Positions 8,294 through 19,326 are shown, numbered from the stretch's first letter. The stretch: 64,000 nucleotides of DNA from a virus (IMGVR_UViG_3300033076_001012:25028-89027), one strand, 5' to 3'. The notes: a model not told the origin generated them from the sequence alone. Program-made: numbers and translations.

Positions 8294-8809
8294 ATGGAAC
8301 CTCTTGAACTAAAAGATAATCTTGTAGTTTTTAAACCTGAGTTTTTGACTATATCAGCTTTCAAAAAAGTATGGGAAACTGATAAGTCAAAGACTAAGGA
8401 TAAAGCCTTTAAAGATTTAATGTATGTATATCACATGGCTTCAAAGAAGTCGATATATAGTGATTGGCCGGAAGATAAAAAAGAAGAAGCTATACTTCAA
8501 GATGTTCTTTTAGATAAAAACTATAAACCTTCAAAAGAAGTAAAAGAAGCAATTCTTAAATTCGAAGAATTTAGTACACCAAAGCAAAGATTATTAGAAG
8601 CAGCTAAAGCTAAAATAGATGATATTGCAGTATTTTTAAAAAATACACCTCTTACAGTAGAAACATCTGATTCAATTCTTGCTATGTTTAAATCTATATC
8701 TACAACAGTTAAAAACTTTGATGATATAGAAGCAGCTGTTAAAAAAGAAACAGATACACATAATGTTAAAAGACGTGGTGATAAAGCCACAGGATTATTT
8801 GAAGAATGA
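8294..8809 (+). CDS. putative terminase small subunit
   Basis: Helical protein immediately upstream of and overlapping terL (ATGA); assignment by position. Confidence 0.5.
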   Translation: MEPLELKDNLVVFKPEFLTISAFKKVWETDKSKTKDKAFKDLMYVYHMASKKSIYSDWPEDKKEEAILQDVLLDKNYKPSKEVKEAILKFEEFSTPKQRLLEAAKAKIDDIAVFLKNTPLTVETSDSILAMFKSISTTVKNFDDIEAAVKKETDTHNVKRRGDKATGLFEE

Positions 8810-10782
8810 AACTTGTAGGTACAGATAAATTCAGAGAAGAAGCATTAAAGTTTCAGAAAGATGGTATATACTGTAAATATACCACAGGTACTCATGCACA
8901 TCGTGAGTATTGGATGGAGCAACATAAAAGATGTTTGGAAGGTTACCATAATGGAGAATTTTGGATACCTGGAACATATTATTTTTATTTAAACTTCTCA
9001 CCAATTCTTGCAAAGAATGAAAAAACTGGACGTAAGCAACAAGAGTTTGCAAGATTTACTGATGTAGATTTAGAATACTTTAATATAGTTGAAAGAGCAC
9101 GTAAAGAAAAAAAAGGTATAATTCTTCTTAAACCAAGACGTACAGGTTTTTCATTTAAAAATTCAAGACTTGCTGTACATGAATATAATTTTTACAGAGA
9201 TGCTAAATGTATAATAGCAGCATCTAACTCCGAACTATCTAAATATACCATGAACATGGCTTTAGACGGTTTAAACTTTTTAGATAAACATACTGAATGG
9301 CGTAAACAAAGAGATCCTGATACAAAAGATTTTGTAAAAGCAAGATATAAAGAAACAAAAGATGGAGTAACTACATGGAAAGGTAACCATTCAGAAATTT
9401 TCACACTCACTTTTAAAGACAACCCATTTGCTGCAATTGGTAAATCAGCTAATTTATTCTTTTGGGAAGAAGCTGGAAAGTTTTCAAATCTTATAAGTTC
9501 TTATAATATATCTGAACCTTGTTGGAAAGATGGTGATGATATGATAGGTATTCCACTTGTTTACGGAACAGGAGGAGATATGTCTGTAGGTACAAAAGAT
9601 TTTGCTGAAATGTTTTATCATCCTGAAAAATATAATCTTCTAGCTTTTGATAATATATGGGAAGAAGAAAAGGTAGGAACTAAATGCGGATGGTTTATAC
9701 CGGCAACCAGAATGAGATTTGGTGAATATAAAGGTGAATCAATGGTTGATAAGGACGGAAACTCTAATCAAGAGTTAGCCTTAAAATCCATTCTTGATTT
9801 TAGAGAATTAAAGAAAAGAGGAGGTTCTAAACAAGATTATCAAGATGCACTAACTCAATATCCAATCCATCCTGGAGAAGCCTTTCTTCAAAAGACAGGA
9901 AACATGTTTCCAACTGCTGATCTATCAGCAAGGTTGGCCAAATTACAAACAGACACCTCAATAACAGGTGCTGATTATATAGGAGATTTAGTTCTTACAG
10001 AAGATGGTAAAGTAGAATGGAAACTGAACACTAAACTAAAACCTATAAACAACTATCCAACTGATAAAGAAGATAGTTCAGAAGGATGTGTAGTAATCTT
10101 TGAACATCCTTATATTGATGAAGTTGGACAAACACCTTATGGTAGATATTTAGTTGGAGTTGACCCGTATGCTCAAGATAAATCTGAAAACTCTTCTTCT
10201 CTAGGTTCAACTTTAGTTTATGACAAAGTAACTAATAGACTTGTAGCTGAATATACAGCTAGACCAGCTACAATGAATGATTATTATGAAAATGTAAGAA
10301 GACTTATAAAATATTATAACGGTATATGCTTATATGAAAATCAGATACCTGGATTATTTCAATATCTTCATAATAAAAACGAATCTTATCTTTTAATGGA
10401 CCAACCTGAATATATAAAAGATATTATACAAGATTCTAAAGTTAATAGACAAAAGGGTATACACATGACAGCAGGTATTAAAGCTCACGGAGAAGATTTG
10501 ATAAATGCTTGGTTACGTTCACCTTATGAATCAGATAATGACATATTAACACTTCATAAAATACGTTCTATACCTCTTCTTCAAGAACTAATATCCTATC
10601 ATCCTGATGGAAACTTCGATAGAATAATTGCTCTAATAATGTTAATGTATGCTATACAACAACTTAAAAAACATAGAATAGAAGAAGCTTCTGAAAAGAA
10701 TGATGATATTTTTTCACAAAAATTTTTCCAAAAACCTATAATAAGAAAACATAATAATGCTATAAGATCAAATCCATTTTAA
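8806..10782 (+). CDS. terL: terminase large subunit
   Basis: Walker A-like LKPRRTGFS, Walker B LFFWEEAGK, nuclease VGVDPY and terminal FDRIIA. Confidence 0.95.
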   Translation: MKLVGTDKFREEALKFQKDGIYCKYTTGTHAHREYWMEQHKRCLEGYHNGEFWIPGTYYFYLNFSPILAKNEKTGRKQQEFARFTDVDLEYFNIVERARKEKKGIILLKPRRTGFSFKNSRLAVHEYNFYRDAKCIIAASNSELSKYTMNMALDGLNFLDKHTEWRKQRDPDTKDFVKARYKETKDGVTTWKGNHSEIFTLTFKDNPFAAIGKSANLFFWEEAGKFSNLISSYNISEPCWKDGDDMIGIPLVYGTGGDMSVGTKDFAEMFYHPEKYNLLAFDNIWEEEKVGTKCGWFIPATRMRFGEYKGESMVDKDGNSNQELALKSILDFRELKKRGGSKQDYQDALTQYPIHPGEAFLQKTGNMFPTADLSARLAKLQTDTSITGADYIGDLVLTEDGKVEWKLNTKLKPINNYPTDKEDSSEGCVVIFEHPYIDEVGQTPYGRYLVGVDPYAQDKSENSSSLGSTLVYDKVTNRLVAEYTARPATMNDYYENVRRLIKYYNGICLYENQIPGLFQYLHNKNESYLLMDQPEYIKDIIQDSKVNRQKGIHMTAGIKAHGEDLINAWLRSPYESDNDILTLHKIRSIPLLQELISYHPDGNFDRIIALIMLMYAIQQLKKHRIEEASEKNDDIFSQKFFQKPIIRKHNNAIRSNPF

Positions 10783-10826
10783 TACAAAAGAATATAATCT
10801 ACCTTTTCTTTTAAGAAAAAAATTAG

Positions 10827-10834
10827 TATACTTG
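10827..10834 (+). promoter_or_regulatory. promoter -7 element upstream of portal
   Basis: TATACTTG; the -33 position is TTT rather than TTG. Confidence 0.5.
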
Positions 10835-10870
10835 TAAATTGGTCTTTTTCTATCCAAAAACTTCTATCCA

Positions 10871-13387
10871 ATGAGTGATTCAACATATTCATCCACTTTC
10901 ACAGCTGCTCAATTACCTCGTCAAAAACTACCAATATCTAAAAAAACAGATAGTTGGAGAAGACAGTGTATAGATGCTGCTTTGCACATTGTAGGTATCT
11001 ATGATAGTAATAGACGTTCTACAAGAGCAAGAAAACAAAAAAATTATGATTTGTTGAATGGAAAGTTCAATAGACAAGATTTGGAATATGCTGCTAATCC
11101 TTTAGGAATTGAAGTAAACAATCTTAATTGGCCTGCAACTATGCAACCATATGATTGTTGGAATCCTATTTTTCAAACACTTTTTGGAGAAGAAGCCAAA
11201 CGTCAAATGAGTTTTATAGTACGTGCAATTAATGATGATGCTATATCTGAAAAAGAAGAAGAGCAAAAAGAACAAATATTACAAATATTACAACAAACTT
11301 TACAAAAATATATAGAAAATCCTGAAGAAAATCCTGAAGTTGATGAACAATTACAAAAATATTCATCAATGAATTATCAGGATATGAGAGAGTCTATAGC
11401 TACAAAAATACTAACATATCTCAAGAAATCTTTAAATCTTGATATGATGTTTCAAAAAGGTTGGGAAGATGCTCTTGTAGCAGGAGAAGAAATATATGCT
11501 GTTGAAACATATGGTGGAGAACCAAGTGTACGTAGAGTTAATCCCTTAGAATTATATTTTCAACTGCCTCATAATTCAGATATGATAGATGATGCAGAGG
11601 TTATAGTTGAACATACATATATGAGCATATCTCAAATCATAGATGTATTTTATGATAAACTAACACCTTCTGAGGTAGAGCAGTTGGAAGGAATGTTATC
11701 ACAAGGAGATAATAATTTTCTACAAACAGCAGATGTTATTATCTTAAAAGAAGATATATCTATGGATAGTTATGCTCACCGTTCAATAATGAGTGATCAT
11801 AAAGGTAATCTTAGAGTATTTAAAGTTACATGGAAATCTAAAAAGAAAGTTGGTAAATTATCATATATAGATCCGACTACAGGCGAACAATTGGAAACAA
11901 TTGTATCAGAGGATTTTAAAGTAGATAAAGAAAATCCAAATGAACACGTAGAATGGATGTGGATAAATGAATATTGGGAAGGTTATAAAATAGGTAACGA
12001 TATGTACCTTGAAATAAAACCTAAGCGTTTACAGTATCGTAGAATAGATAATATATCAGCTTGTAAAAGTGGATATGCCGGTACAGTTTATAACTGTAAC
12101 AACTCACAATCAGTATCCTTAATGGATAGACTTACTCCATTCATATACCTATATATAATTATGTGGTATAGACTTGAGTTAGCAATTTCTAAAAATAAAG
12201 GAAAGATAGCTCTTATTGATGTGGCTCTTATTCCTGATGGTTGGGAAATGGATAAATGGTTATACTATGCTGAAACAATGGGTATAACATTTACCAACTC
12301 CTTTAACGAAGGTAAAAAAGGACAAGCTACTGGTAAACTTGCCGGAAACATGTCCCACTCAGGAAACCAATCTTTAGATTTAGAAACAGGTAATTTCATA
12401 CAACATATAGTAACAACTCTTCAATTCATTGAACAAAAACTTCAAAAACTTTCAGGAGTATCTGATCAAAGAATGGGAGATATTACACCTTCAGAACTTG
12501 TAGGTAATACAGAAAGAGCTGTTATACAATCATCCAATATTACAGAACGCTGGTTTCAAATACACAACTATACTAAACAAAGAACTTTAGAACTACTTAT
12601 AGAAGCTGCTAAACATGTCTGGTCACAAAAATCCAAAAAAATACAGTATGTCACAGATGACATGGCTACAGTATTCTTTTCAGTTGATGGACCCCAGTTT
12701 AACAATGCAGAGTATGGTGTATTTGTATCTAACTCTATTAAAGATCAAGAGGCTCTTAATATTATTAAACAACTTATGCAAGTTGCAATACAGAATGATA
12801 AAGTTGAACTTTCATCAGTAATAGATGTTTTATCAAGTGAATCGACAGCTGATATTAAAAATAAACTTCTTAATGCTGAAGCTAAAAGAGCTGAGCAAAT
12901 ACAAGCTTCTCAACAACAACAATTAGAGCATGAGCAAATGCTTAAACAAATGGAGTTAGAAGAAAAACAAAAAGATAGAGATTTAGATCAGTATATAGCT
13001 GATGAGAATAACCGTACAAAAATAGAGGTTCAAGAAATAGCTAATTACTTTAAAGCTGCTGATACAGATTCTAACAATAACGGTATTCCTGATCCAATTG
13101 AATTGGCAAATCATGCTCTTGAAAGACAACGTCTTGAATCAGATATGTTAACAGAAAGAATGAAAAATGACAGAGAAGCTCAAAAACATATTTCAGATCT
13201 TCAAGTTAAGCAAAGAGAACTTCTCCTCAAAGAAAAAGAACTTTTGGCAAAACAAAAAGATACTGAAAAGAAAGCTAAAACTGAAAAAGATAAAATTGAA
13301 GCTCAAAAAAAGATAGAGAAGTTAAAAGCTGATACTGCAATTAAGGTAGCAAAAATGAAACCTAAACCTGCAAATAAAAAGAAATAA
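10871..13387 (+). CDS. portal protein (crAss-like)
   Basis: Follows terL; N-terminal LPRQKLP..KK...W, NYDLLNG and RRVNP motifs; long coiled-coil C-terminus. Confidence 0.9.
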   Translation: MSDSTYSSTFTAAQLPRQKLPISKKTDSWRRQCIDAALHIVGIYDSNRRSTRARKQKNYDLLNGKFNRQDLEYAANPLGIEVNNLNWPATMQPYDCWNPIFQTLFGEEAKRQMSFIVRAINDDAISEKEEEQKEQILQILQQTLQKYIENPEENPEVDEQLQKYSSMNYQDMRESIATKILTYLKKSLNLDMMFQKGWEDALVAGEEIYAVETYGGEPSVRRVNPLELYFQLPHNSDMIDDAEVIVEHTYMSISQIIDVFYDKLTPSEVEQLEGMLSQGDNNFLQTADVIILKEDISMDSYAHRSIMSDHKGNLRVFKVTWKSKKKVGKLSYIDPTTGEQLETIVSEDFKVDKENPNEHVEWMWINEYWEGYKIGNDMYLEIKPKRLQYRRIDNISACKSGYAGTVYNCNNSQSVSLMDRLTPFIYLYIIMWYRLELAISKNKGKIALIDVALIPDGWEMDKWLYYAETMGITFTNSFNEGKKGQATGKLAGNMSHSGNQSLDLETGNFIQHIVTTLQFIEQKLQKLSGVSDQRMGDITPSELVGNTERAVIQSSNITERWFQIHNYTKQRTLELLIEAAKHVWSQKSKKIQYVTDDMATVFFSVDGPQFNNAEYGVFVSNSIKDQEALNIIKQLMQVAIQNDKVELSSVIDVLSSESTADIKNKLLNAEAKRAEQIQASQQQQLEHEQMLKQMELEEKQKDRDLDQYIADENNRTKIEVQEIANYFKAADTDSNNNGIPDPIELANHALERQRLESDMLTERMKNDREAQKHISDLQVKQRELLLKEKELLAKQKDTEKKAKTEKDKIEAQKKIEKLKADTAIKVAKMKPKPANKKK

Positions 13388-13392
13388 GGAGA

Positions 13393-14148
13393 ATGTTTAG
13401 ATCGTTGCCTGCAAAAGATAGAGTTGAATTAATGATGGCTTATAAGAAAACTAATCCATCATTATCATACTATGATATGATAAAACAATTTAACTCAGAA
13501 GTAGAGGAGTATACTAAAGGTGGTAAGGTTAAACCTGCTCCCATAGATCCAAACCTCACTATTCTGCAACAAGAAATTGCTCCTCCCATACAAGATAATA
13601 CTTTTGTACAACCTCCTATCATACAACAACCTCTTACTAAACAATCCTTAATAACTAAACAACAACCTCACAAATTTAACAGACAAGAGTATACAGATAA
13701 GTTAAAAATATATACCAATAGAGAAAGTTTTAGTAAAAGTCCTTTAAAAGGAAGAGAACATCTTATAACAAAAGCTGTAGAAGATTCTTATAATCTAACA
13801 GGTGTAGAGATACCTCCTGAATTTATGTTAACTCAGGGACAACAAGAAACACAACTTGGTACTAAACTTAAATCCAGAAATAATATATGGAATGTTGGTA
13901 ACTATGATGATGGTAGAGTAAAACATTATAAAAATGTATATGATGCTGCTTTAGATTATTCTAATTTAATTGCTAAAGACTATCTTAGAAATGGTAAAAA
14001 GACAATAGACGATTTATTATCTCCAGGAGGATATGTAAATTTTGACAATAAAAGATATGCTTCAGATCCAAATTATGAAAATAAAATATCTAAAATGATG
14101 GACTATACTAAAAGATATATAAAAAATAGATATAAAAAATCTCAATAA
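13393..14148 (+). CDS. GH73-like glucosaminidase, possibly virion-associated
   Basis: TQGQQETQLG, NNIWNVG and YASDPNYENKI motifs; YTKGG motif in the N-terminal part. Confidence 0.75.
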   Translation: MFRSLPAKDRVELMMAYKKTNPSLSYYDMIKQFNSEVEEYTKGGKVKPAPIDPNLTILQQEIAPPIQDNTFVQPPIIQQPLTKQSLITKQQPHKFNRQEYTDKLKIYTNRESFSKSPLKGREHLITKAVEDSYNLTGVEIPPEFMLTQGQQETQLGTKLKSRNNIWNVGNYDDGRVKHYKNVYDAALDYSNLIAKDYLRNGKKTIDDLLSPGGYVNFDNKRYASDPNYENKISKMMDYTKRYIKNRYKKSQ

Positions 14149-14184
14149 TGCTATAAAAACAATCTGTTATATATTAACAGCATA

Positions 14185-14215
14185 TTGTAATCTGATTATC
14201 AATCAATTATATTTG
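14185..14215 (+). promoter_or_regulatory. Bacteroidota primary-sigma promoter
   Basis: TTG(14185)-N20-TATATTTG(14208-14215). Confidence 0.75.
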
Positions 14216-14236
14216 TAATTTAAACATAAATTAACT

Positions 14237-15562
14237 ATGCCAACAAATGATGGAGGAGGTTTTAACCTCAGTGTGCTGGAGAACGCGGCAAAATTCAATG
14301 AATCTTTAGACTTTAATCCAAATATTGAAAGTATTGAAGAACTTGGTAATATGGATAGCTCAACTAATAAAACAGTTGACACCACAGAGTCTAAAACCCA
14401 AAATAAAGAAAAGGGTAAAGAAACCAAGAACCAAACTGGAGATGATGATACTTTTAGCGAGTATCAGGAACAAGAGATTGATAGTATAGAGGATCTTGAT
14501 AAGATTGATAGTGAAAATAAAAAAACTGTTAAGGAAGTAGAAGAAGATAAAGATAATGCTAAATCTACTACTAAAACAGATAATAAAGAAATAAAAGCTG
14601 ATAAAGATTCTGCTAAAGAATCATCAACACCTAAAACTTTAAATGCTTTAAAGGTGTTTGGTGAAAACTTGGCAGAAAGTGGAGTTATAGACTTTAGTTC
14701 TGAAGAATTTGAAAAATCATCTGATAAAGATGAATACTTTACTACTAAAGTAGCTGAACGTATAGCCAAAGGAGCTGAAGAGTTATTTAATGAACGCATA
14801 GGAGAACTTCCTGCTGAAATTGAAGAACTTGTAAAATTACATAAAGAAGGTGTTCCTCTTCATTCAATACTTGAAGCTGATAAACGTATAGATGCTTATG
14901 AGAAAATATCCTCAGAAACTTTAAAAGAGGATGAAATTCTACAAAAGCAGCTTGTACAAGATTTATTAGAAGCTCAAGGTATTCCTAAGGAAAAAATACC
15001 AGCAAAACTTAAACGTTTTGAAGATTTAGGTATCTTAGAAGATGAAGCAAATGATGCTTTAGAAACCTTGAAAACTTATGAAAAGGAATCTAAAGAAGAA
15101 ATGATTAGACAGGAGAAAACAAAAGCCAAACAACAAAAGGATGCTTTTGAAGCAAGAATTAAAAGTATTGAAGATACTATAAATTCCAAGTCTGAAATAT
15201 TAGGAATACAATTAAATAAAGATACTAAAAAGAAATTAATAGATGGTATCTTAAAACCAGTGGGTAAAACAGCTGATGGAAAAGCATATAATGCTATTCA
15301 GAAAGCAAGAATGGATGACCCAGAGTATGATTTAAAAGTAGCAGCTTTTACTATTTTATTAGGAACAAATCTTGATAAGATTGAAAAGAAAGCTGAGACA
15401 AAAGCAGTTCGTAAACTATCATCTGTAATTGATGAAGAACCTAAAATATCTAAATCTGGTTATTCAACAAGAGGTGAAGTTGATGATGAAAATAGAGTTG
15501 ATGTAAACACTATAAAAGGTGCTCTCGACTTCTTAAAAAGAAAAAACAGTATTTATAAATAA
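14237..15562 (+). CDS. probable scaffolding / head assembly protein
   Basis: Acidic low-complexity N-terminus plus coiled coils, directly upstream of MCP as in crAss-like phages. Confidence 0.65.
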   Translation: MPTNDGGGFNLSVLENAAKFNESLDFNPNIESIEELGNMDSSTNKTVDTTESKTQNKEKGKETKNQTGDDDTFSEYQEQEIDSIEDLDKIDSENKKTVKEVEEDKDNAKSTTKTDNKEIKADKDSAKESSTPKTLNALKVFGENLAESGVIDFSSEEFEKSSDKDEYFTTKVAERIAKGAEELFNERIGELPAEIEELVKLHKEGVPLHSILEADKRIDAYEKISSETLKEDEILQKQLVQDLLEAQGIPKEKIPAKLKRFEDLGILEDEANDALETLKTYEKESKEEMIRQEKTKAKQQKDAFEARIKSIEDTINSKSEILGIQLNKDTKKKLIDGILKPVGKTADGKAYNAIQKARMDDPEYDLKVAAFTILLGTNLDKIEKKAETKAVRKLSSVIDEEPKISKSGYSTRGEVDDENRVDVNTIKGALDFLKRKNSIYK

Positions 15563-15596
15563 TTAACAATAAACAATTAACCAAAACAATTAACTA

Positions 15597-17045
15597 ATGG
15601 CACAAACAATCAGTCCACTACAGGTCTATTTTCCAAAATCTTGGAGCGGCCTTACAACTGATAATCATTTGGCTGCAATTTTTGCAAGTCAGCCACAACT
15701 TGTATCTGATGTAATTTCAAGAGTATTTGGAATGAACCAATACAAAGGGCTTGATTATCTGCTTACTAACATCGGTACTAAAGAATTAGATACTGATGCA
15801 GATTATGAATGGATGCTTAAAGGAGATGACAGGAAAGCAGTAAACATTGTTTCCTATACAGCTCTTGACACCACTCGTGCTGGTATCAACCAGTCTCTTT
15901 TCACTATTGAATTAGATGAAAAATATTTCCAATTATCAGATACTCTTATCTTTGATGATCGTGAATATCAAGTACGTGTAATGACTGAACCGGAAGCTAA
16001 TGGTGTAAACTGGTTATATACCGTACAGTTAGTAACTAACGATAACACTAAATTTGTTCCTGCTGCTCAATTAGCTGCTGGTAAACGTGTATCTAAACTT
16101 TACTCTATTCAGGAGCGTACACTTAACCGTACTTACGGATCAACTAGTTTCAGTTCTCCTTTCAAAATGCGTAACATCTTCTCCACTCTTGGAAAAGAAT
16201 TTACTGTTCCTGGAAACATGCATGATCGTCCAATGGTATTCTCTATGTTAGATCCTAAATCTAACAAGCGTACTAATATGTGGACTAAATATGCTGAATG
16301 GGAAATGCTTTGTCAGTGGGTACGTGAGAAAGAAAACAACTTGATTTACTCCCGTTTTAATCAAAATTCTAACGGAAGTTTCTCAATGAAAGGTTCAAGC
16401 GGATTCCCAATCATGTCTGGTGCAGGTCTTCGTGAACAAATCTCTCCATCTTATAAATTCTACTACTCTACTTTCACTATTGATTATTTGACAGAAGTTC
16501 TTTTGAACCTTTCTATCAATATTCTTCCAGAAGACAAACGTGAGTTTGTACTTTTAACTGGTGAGCGTGGAATGGTACAATTCCATAAAGCAATGGAGAA
16601 TAAAGTTGCTTTATTCCAACCTCTAGGTAACCCAAGCCGTTTATTTGGTTCAGGTCAAAACTTAGGATTTGGTGGTCAATATGTATCTTATAAAGGTCCT
16701 CAAGGTATTGTAGTATCTGTAGTATCTATTCCTCAATACAATGATACTATTGATAATCGTACATCACATCCTGATGGAGGCTTCACTGAAAACTATCGTT
16801 ATACCATCTTAAACTTTGGTACAACTGAAGGTGAACCTAACATTACTAAAGTATACCCTAAAGGACGTAAAGACCTTATGTGGCATATTGCTGGTTCAAC
16901 TACTCCTTTTGGTCCTAACACTAGCTTCAACACTGGTGCTGCATCAAAAGTTGATGGTTATGAATTAATGATGTTTACTACTCAGGGTATTATGATTAAA
17001 AACCCAATGAGTTGTGCTGAATTAATTTACAATAGCTCAAACTAA
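15597..17045 (+). CDS. major capsid protein (crAss-like)
   Basis: W.GLTT.NHL, SG.GLREQI and TGERG motifs; size 482 aa; strong terminator follows. Confidence 0.92.
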   Translation: MAQTISPLQVYFPKSWSGLTTDNHLAAIFASQPQLVSDVISRVFGMNQYKGLDYLLTNIGTKELDTDADYEWMLKGDDRKAVNIVSYTALDTTRAGINQSLFTIELDEKYFQLSDTLIFDDREYQVRVMTEPEANGVNWLYTVQLVTNDNTKFVPAAQLAAGKRVSKLYSIQERTLNRTYGSTSFSSPFKMRNIFSTLGKEFTVPGNMHDRPMVFSMLDPKSNKRTNMWTKYAEWEMLCQWVREKENNLIYSRFNQNSNGSFSMKGSSGFPIMSGAGLREQISPSYKFYYSTFTIDYLTEVLLNLSINILPEDKREFVLLTGERGMVQFHKAMENKVALFQPLGNPSRLFGSGQNLGFGGQYVSYKGPQGIVVSVVSIPQYNDTIDNRTSHPDGGFTENYRYTILNFGTTEGEPNITKVYPKGRKDLMWHIAGSTTPFGPNTSFNTGAASKVDGYELMMFTTQGIMIKNPMSCAELIYNSSN

Positions 17046-17054
17046 TAAATAACT

Positions 17055-17092
17055 AATAACTACAGGGTAAACAATCCCTGTAGTTATTTTTA
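17055..17092 (+). terminator. intrinsic terminator
   Basis: 13-bp stem AATAACTACAGGG/CCCTGTAGTTATT plus T tract. Confidence 0.85.
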
Positions 17093-17136
17093 TAATTTTA
17101 AATTAAAAAGATTAAACAAATTAAATAAATAAAGTT

Positions 17137-17982
17137 ATGTCAAGTGAAGTAAAGGAAAGTGTAGTTGGAATAAAGACAGTAACTGTTAAACCTATTAAAC
17201 GTAGAGGTTGGTTACCGGAAGGTCACGATGGTGAGTATAGATTCACAGGAACAAGAATATTTTTTCAACCTGAAACAGATTCTAAAACTCGCCAATTAAA
17301 AACAGGTCTTACAGAAGAAGATGAACGTAGACTTGAAAAATTGATGCATATGACCCCAGGAACATTAAATAAATATAATAAAGACTTTTGGGGTAATAAT
17401 TTAATGAGTATTCCAAAAGAAGGTAAAACTTATTATTTAGATAATCCAAAAGATGAACTTGAATATAAAGTTTTAATTAATTGGTCAAAAGTAGCTCCTT
17501 CACAAGCAGCTGTGATTGATTGTCCTGAAGCAATATTCTTCTTATCAAATGTAGAAGAGGATGCTAAAAAGGAAGTTGTAAAGGCTAATATTGAAATGAA
17601 AGCAATGAAGACATTTGGAAAATTATCAACAGATGATATGAAAAATGTTCTTAAAATATATACCCAATTAGAAGGTAAATCTACTGGTAAAATAACAAAA
17701 GACATGTCAGTAGACTTCATATCTTCAACCTTATATAAAAAGGTTAAAGAAAATCCTGAAGAGTTCCTTCGCATTGTAGAAGATCCATCATTTGAAACTC
17801 GTGTTTTAATTGATGATTTAGTGTCTAATAGAATACTTACTAAGTCAGGAAGTAAATATATTATAACTGGTGGAGACGTATTAGCACCAACACTTGAAGC
17901 AACTGTGGACTATTTAAAAGATCCACATAATCAAGATGTTTTGTTAACATTGATTCAAAAGTTAAAATCTATTAACCAATAG
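17137..17982 (+). CDS. conserved crAss-like protein downstream of MCP
   Basis: Position; TGL...DE.RLE motif. Confidence 0.7.
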   Translation: MSSEVKESVVGIKTVTVKPIKRRGWLPEGHDGEYRFTGTRIFFQPETDSKTRQLKTGLTEEDERRLEKLMHMTPGTLNKYNKDFWGNNLMSIPKEGKTYYLDNPKDELEYKVLINWSKVAPSQAAVIDCPEAIFFLSNVEEDAKKEVVKANIEMKAMKTFGKLSTDDMKNVLKIYTQLEGKSTGKITKDMSVDFISSTLYKKVKENPEEFLRIVEDPSFETRVLIDDLVSNRILTKSGSKYIITGGDVLAPTLEATVDYLKDPHNQDVLLTLIQKLKSINQ

Positions 17983-17989
17983 ATAGACA

Positions 17990-18694
17990 ATGACCGTATC
18001 AGAAATGCATACAAACTTTAAGATTATCTATGATAAAACAGATAGTCTTAACTACCCAAACTTCCTACCGGAAGAAGTAGATGTGTTTCTGAACAATGCT
18101 CAGGATAAATTTATTGAACAAAGAGCATATGGTAACAATGCAAGGAGAGAAGGACTGGAAGAAACCCAAAAGAGAGCTGATGATATCAGGGAGGTTATAA
18201 AAAACTATACCACCAGTCCTTCTACCTCCTCATCTGCTAATAAACCTAATGGAAGATTTGTAACACTTCCAACAGATTATAGACATGCAATTCAGGAAGA
18301 AGTTCTGATAAGTTATACAGACTGTAATGATGTTACACAAAGTAAAACTGTAGAAGTAATACCTCTTACACATGATAGATATAATAGAGCCATTAATGAT
18401 CCTTTTAACAAACCTAATACAGATAAAGTATTAAGACTTGTATATGAAGGTGGACAATTTGAATTATTATTTGCTCAAGGAACATCTATAACAACTTATA
18501 GATTGAGATATATAAAAACACCTCAACGTATAAGATATGGAACAGTGTATAGTACACCAACAACTAATCAAGATTGTGAATTGGCAGATCATACACATAT
18601 TGAAATTGTAAACTTAGCTGCTCAGATGGCATTAGAAAATATTAATGCTCCAAGAACACAAAGTTTTACAGGACTTGTAAATACTCAAGAATAA
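17990..18694 (+). CDS. tail ring/adaptor protein
   Basis: MT..EM...F...YDK....P.F...E.D.FLN.AQ and Y.LRYIK.P; crAss-like ring family pattern. Confidence 0.75.
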   Translation: MTVSEMHTNFKIIYDKTDSLNYPNFLPEEVDVFLNNAQDKFIEQRAYGNNARREGLEETQKRADDIREVIKNYTTSPSTSSSANKPNGRFVTLPTDYRHAIQEEVLISYTDCNDVTQSKTVEVIPLTHDRYNRAINDPFNKPNTDKVLRLVYEGGQFELLFAQGTSITTYRLRYIKTPQRIRYGTVYSTPTTNQDCELADHTHIEIVNLAAQMALENINAPRTQSFTGLVNTQE

Positions 18695-18722
18695 ACTAAC
18701 AATAACCAAATATTTTAAAAAA

Positions 18723-19229
18723 ATGGCAAATGTACCAACAATAGCAAGCACAAACAGGGCGACTGTTCCTGGAATTGGAGCTTTAGCTAATCAACCTGTA
18801 AAAGCAGGTGACTTTAATCCACTTGTAGATCGTGTAAATTCTATTGCTTCAGATGCTAATACAATTTCAGCAACTACAGGTACAATAACAACTCTTGCTA
18901 CAACTACACCAACAGTAACTAAAGGAACTGTAACACAAGCTACAAGTATTACCACCGGTGTAACTGTTAATGCAAGCGCTGGTGTAATTACAACAGTGGC
19001 TCTAACTACAGCTGCTGGTGCTCAAGAATCACCTTTTGTAGTAACTAACTCAGCTGTAGCTACCACTTCTGTAGTTATTTTAACTACAGAATATGCTAAT
19101 GGTAAAACAGGAACTCCTATAGCTATAGCAGAAGCTGTATCAGCAGGTTCTTTTAGTGTACGTATTCTTAACGGTAAAGCATCTGGAGCACTTAACGATG
19201 TAGTTAAAGTACACTTTTTAATAGTTTAA
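18723..19229 (+). CDS. structural protein (head fibre/decoration candidate)
   Basis: Thr/Ala-rich; C-terminal domain shared with 22007..23641. Confidence 0.6.
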   Translation: MANVPTIASTNRATVPGIGALANQPVKAGDFNPLVDRVNSIASDANTISATTGTITTLATTTPTVTKGTVTQATSITTGVTVNASAGVITTVALTTAAGAQESPFVVTNSAVATTSVVILTTEYANGKTGTPIAIAEAVSAGSFSVRILNGKASGALNDVVKVHFLIV

Positions 19230-19261
19230 TTTGGATATAATAAACATTTGTTGTATATTTG
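19230..19261 (+). promoter_or_regulatory. Bacteroidota primary-sigma promoter
   Basis: TTTG(19230-33)-N20-TATATTTG(19254-61), full consensus. Confidence 0.8.
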
Positions 19262-19326
19262 CAACACTTTATAAATAAAAATAACTAACCCTTAGTGGTA
19301 ATTAAAAACAAAAAAAACAAAACAAA

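Noticed and set aside
8806-17045. Introns or inteins in terL, portal or MCP
   Set aside because: The ORFs are continuous and of plausible length, with no intein splice-junction or homing endonuclease motifs seen.
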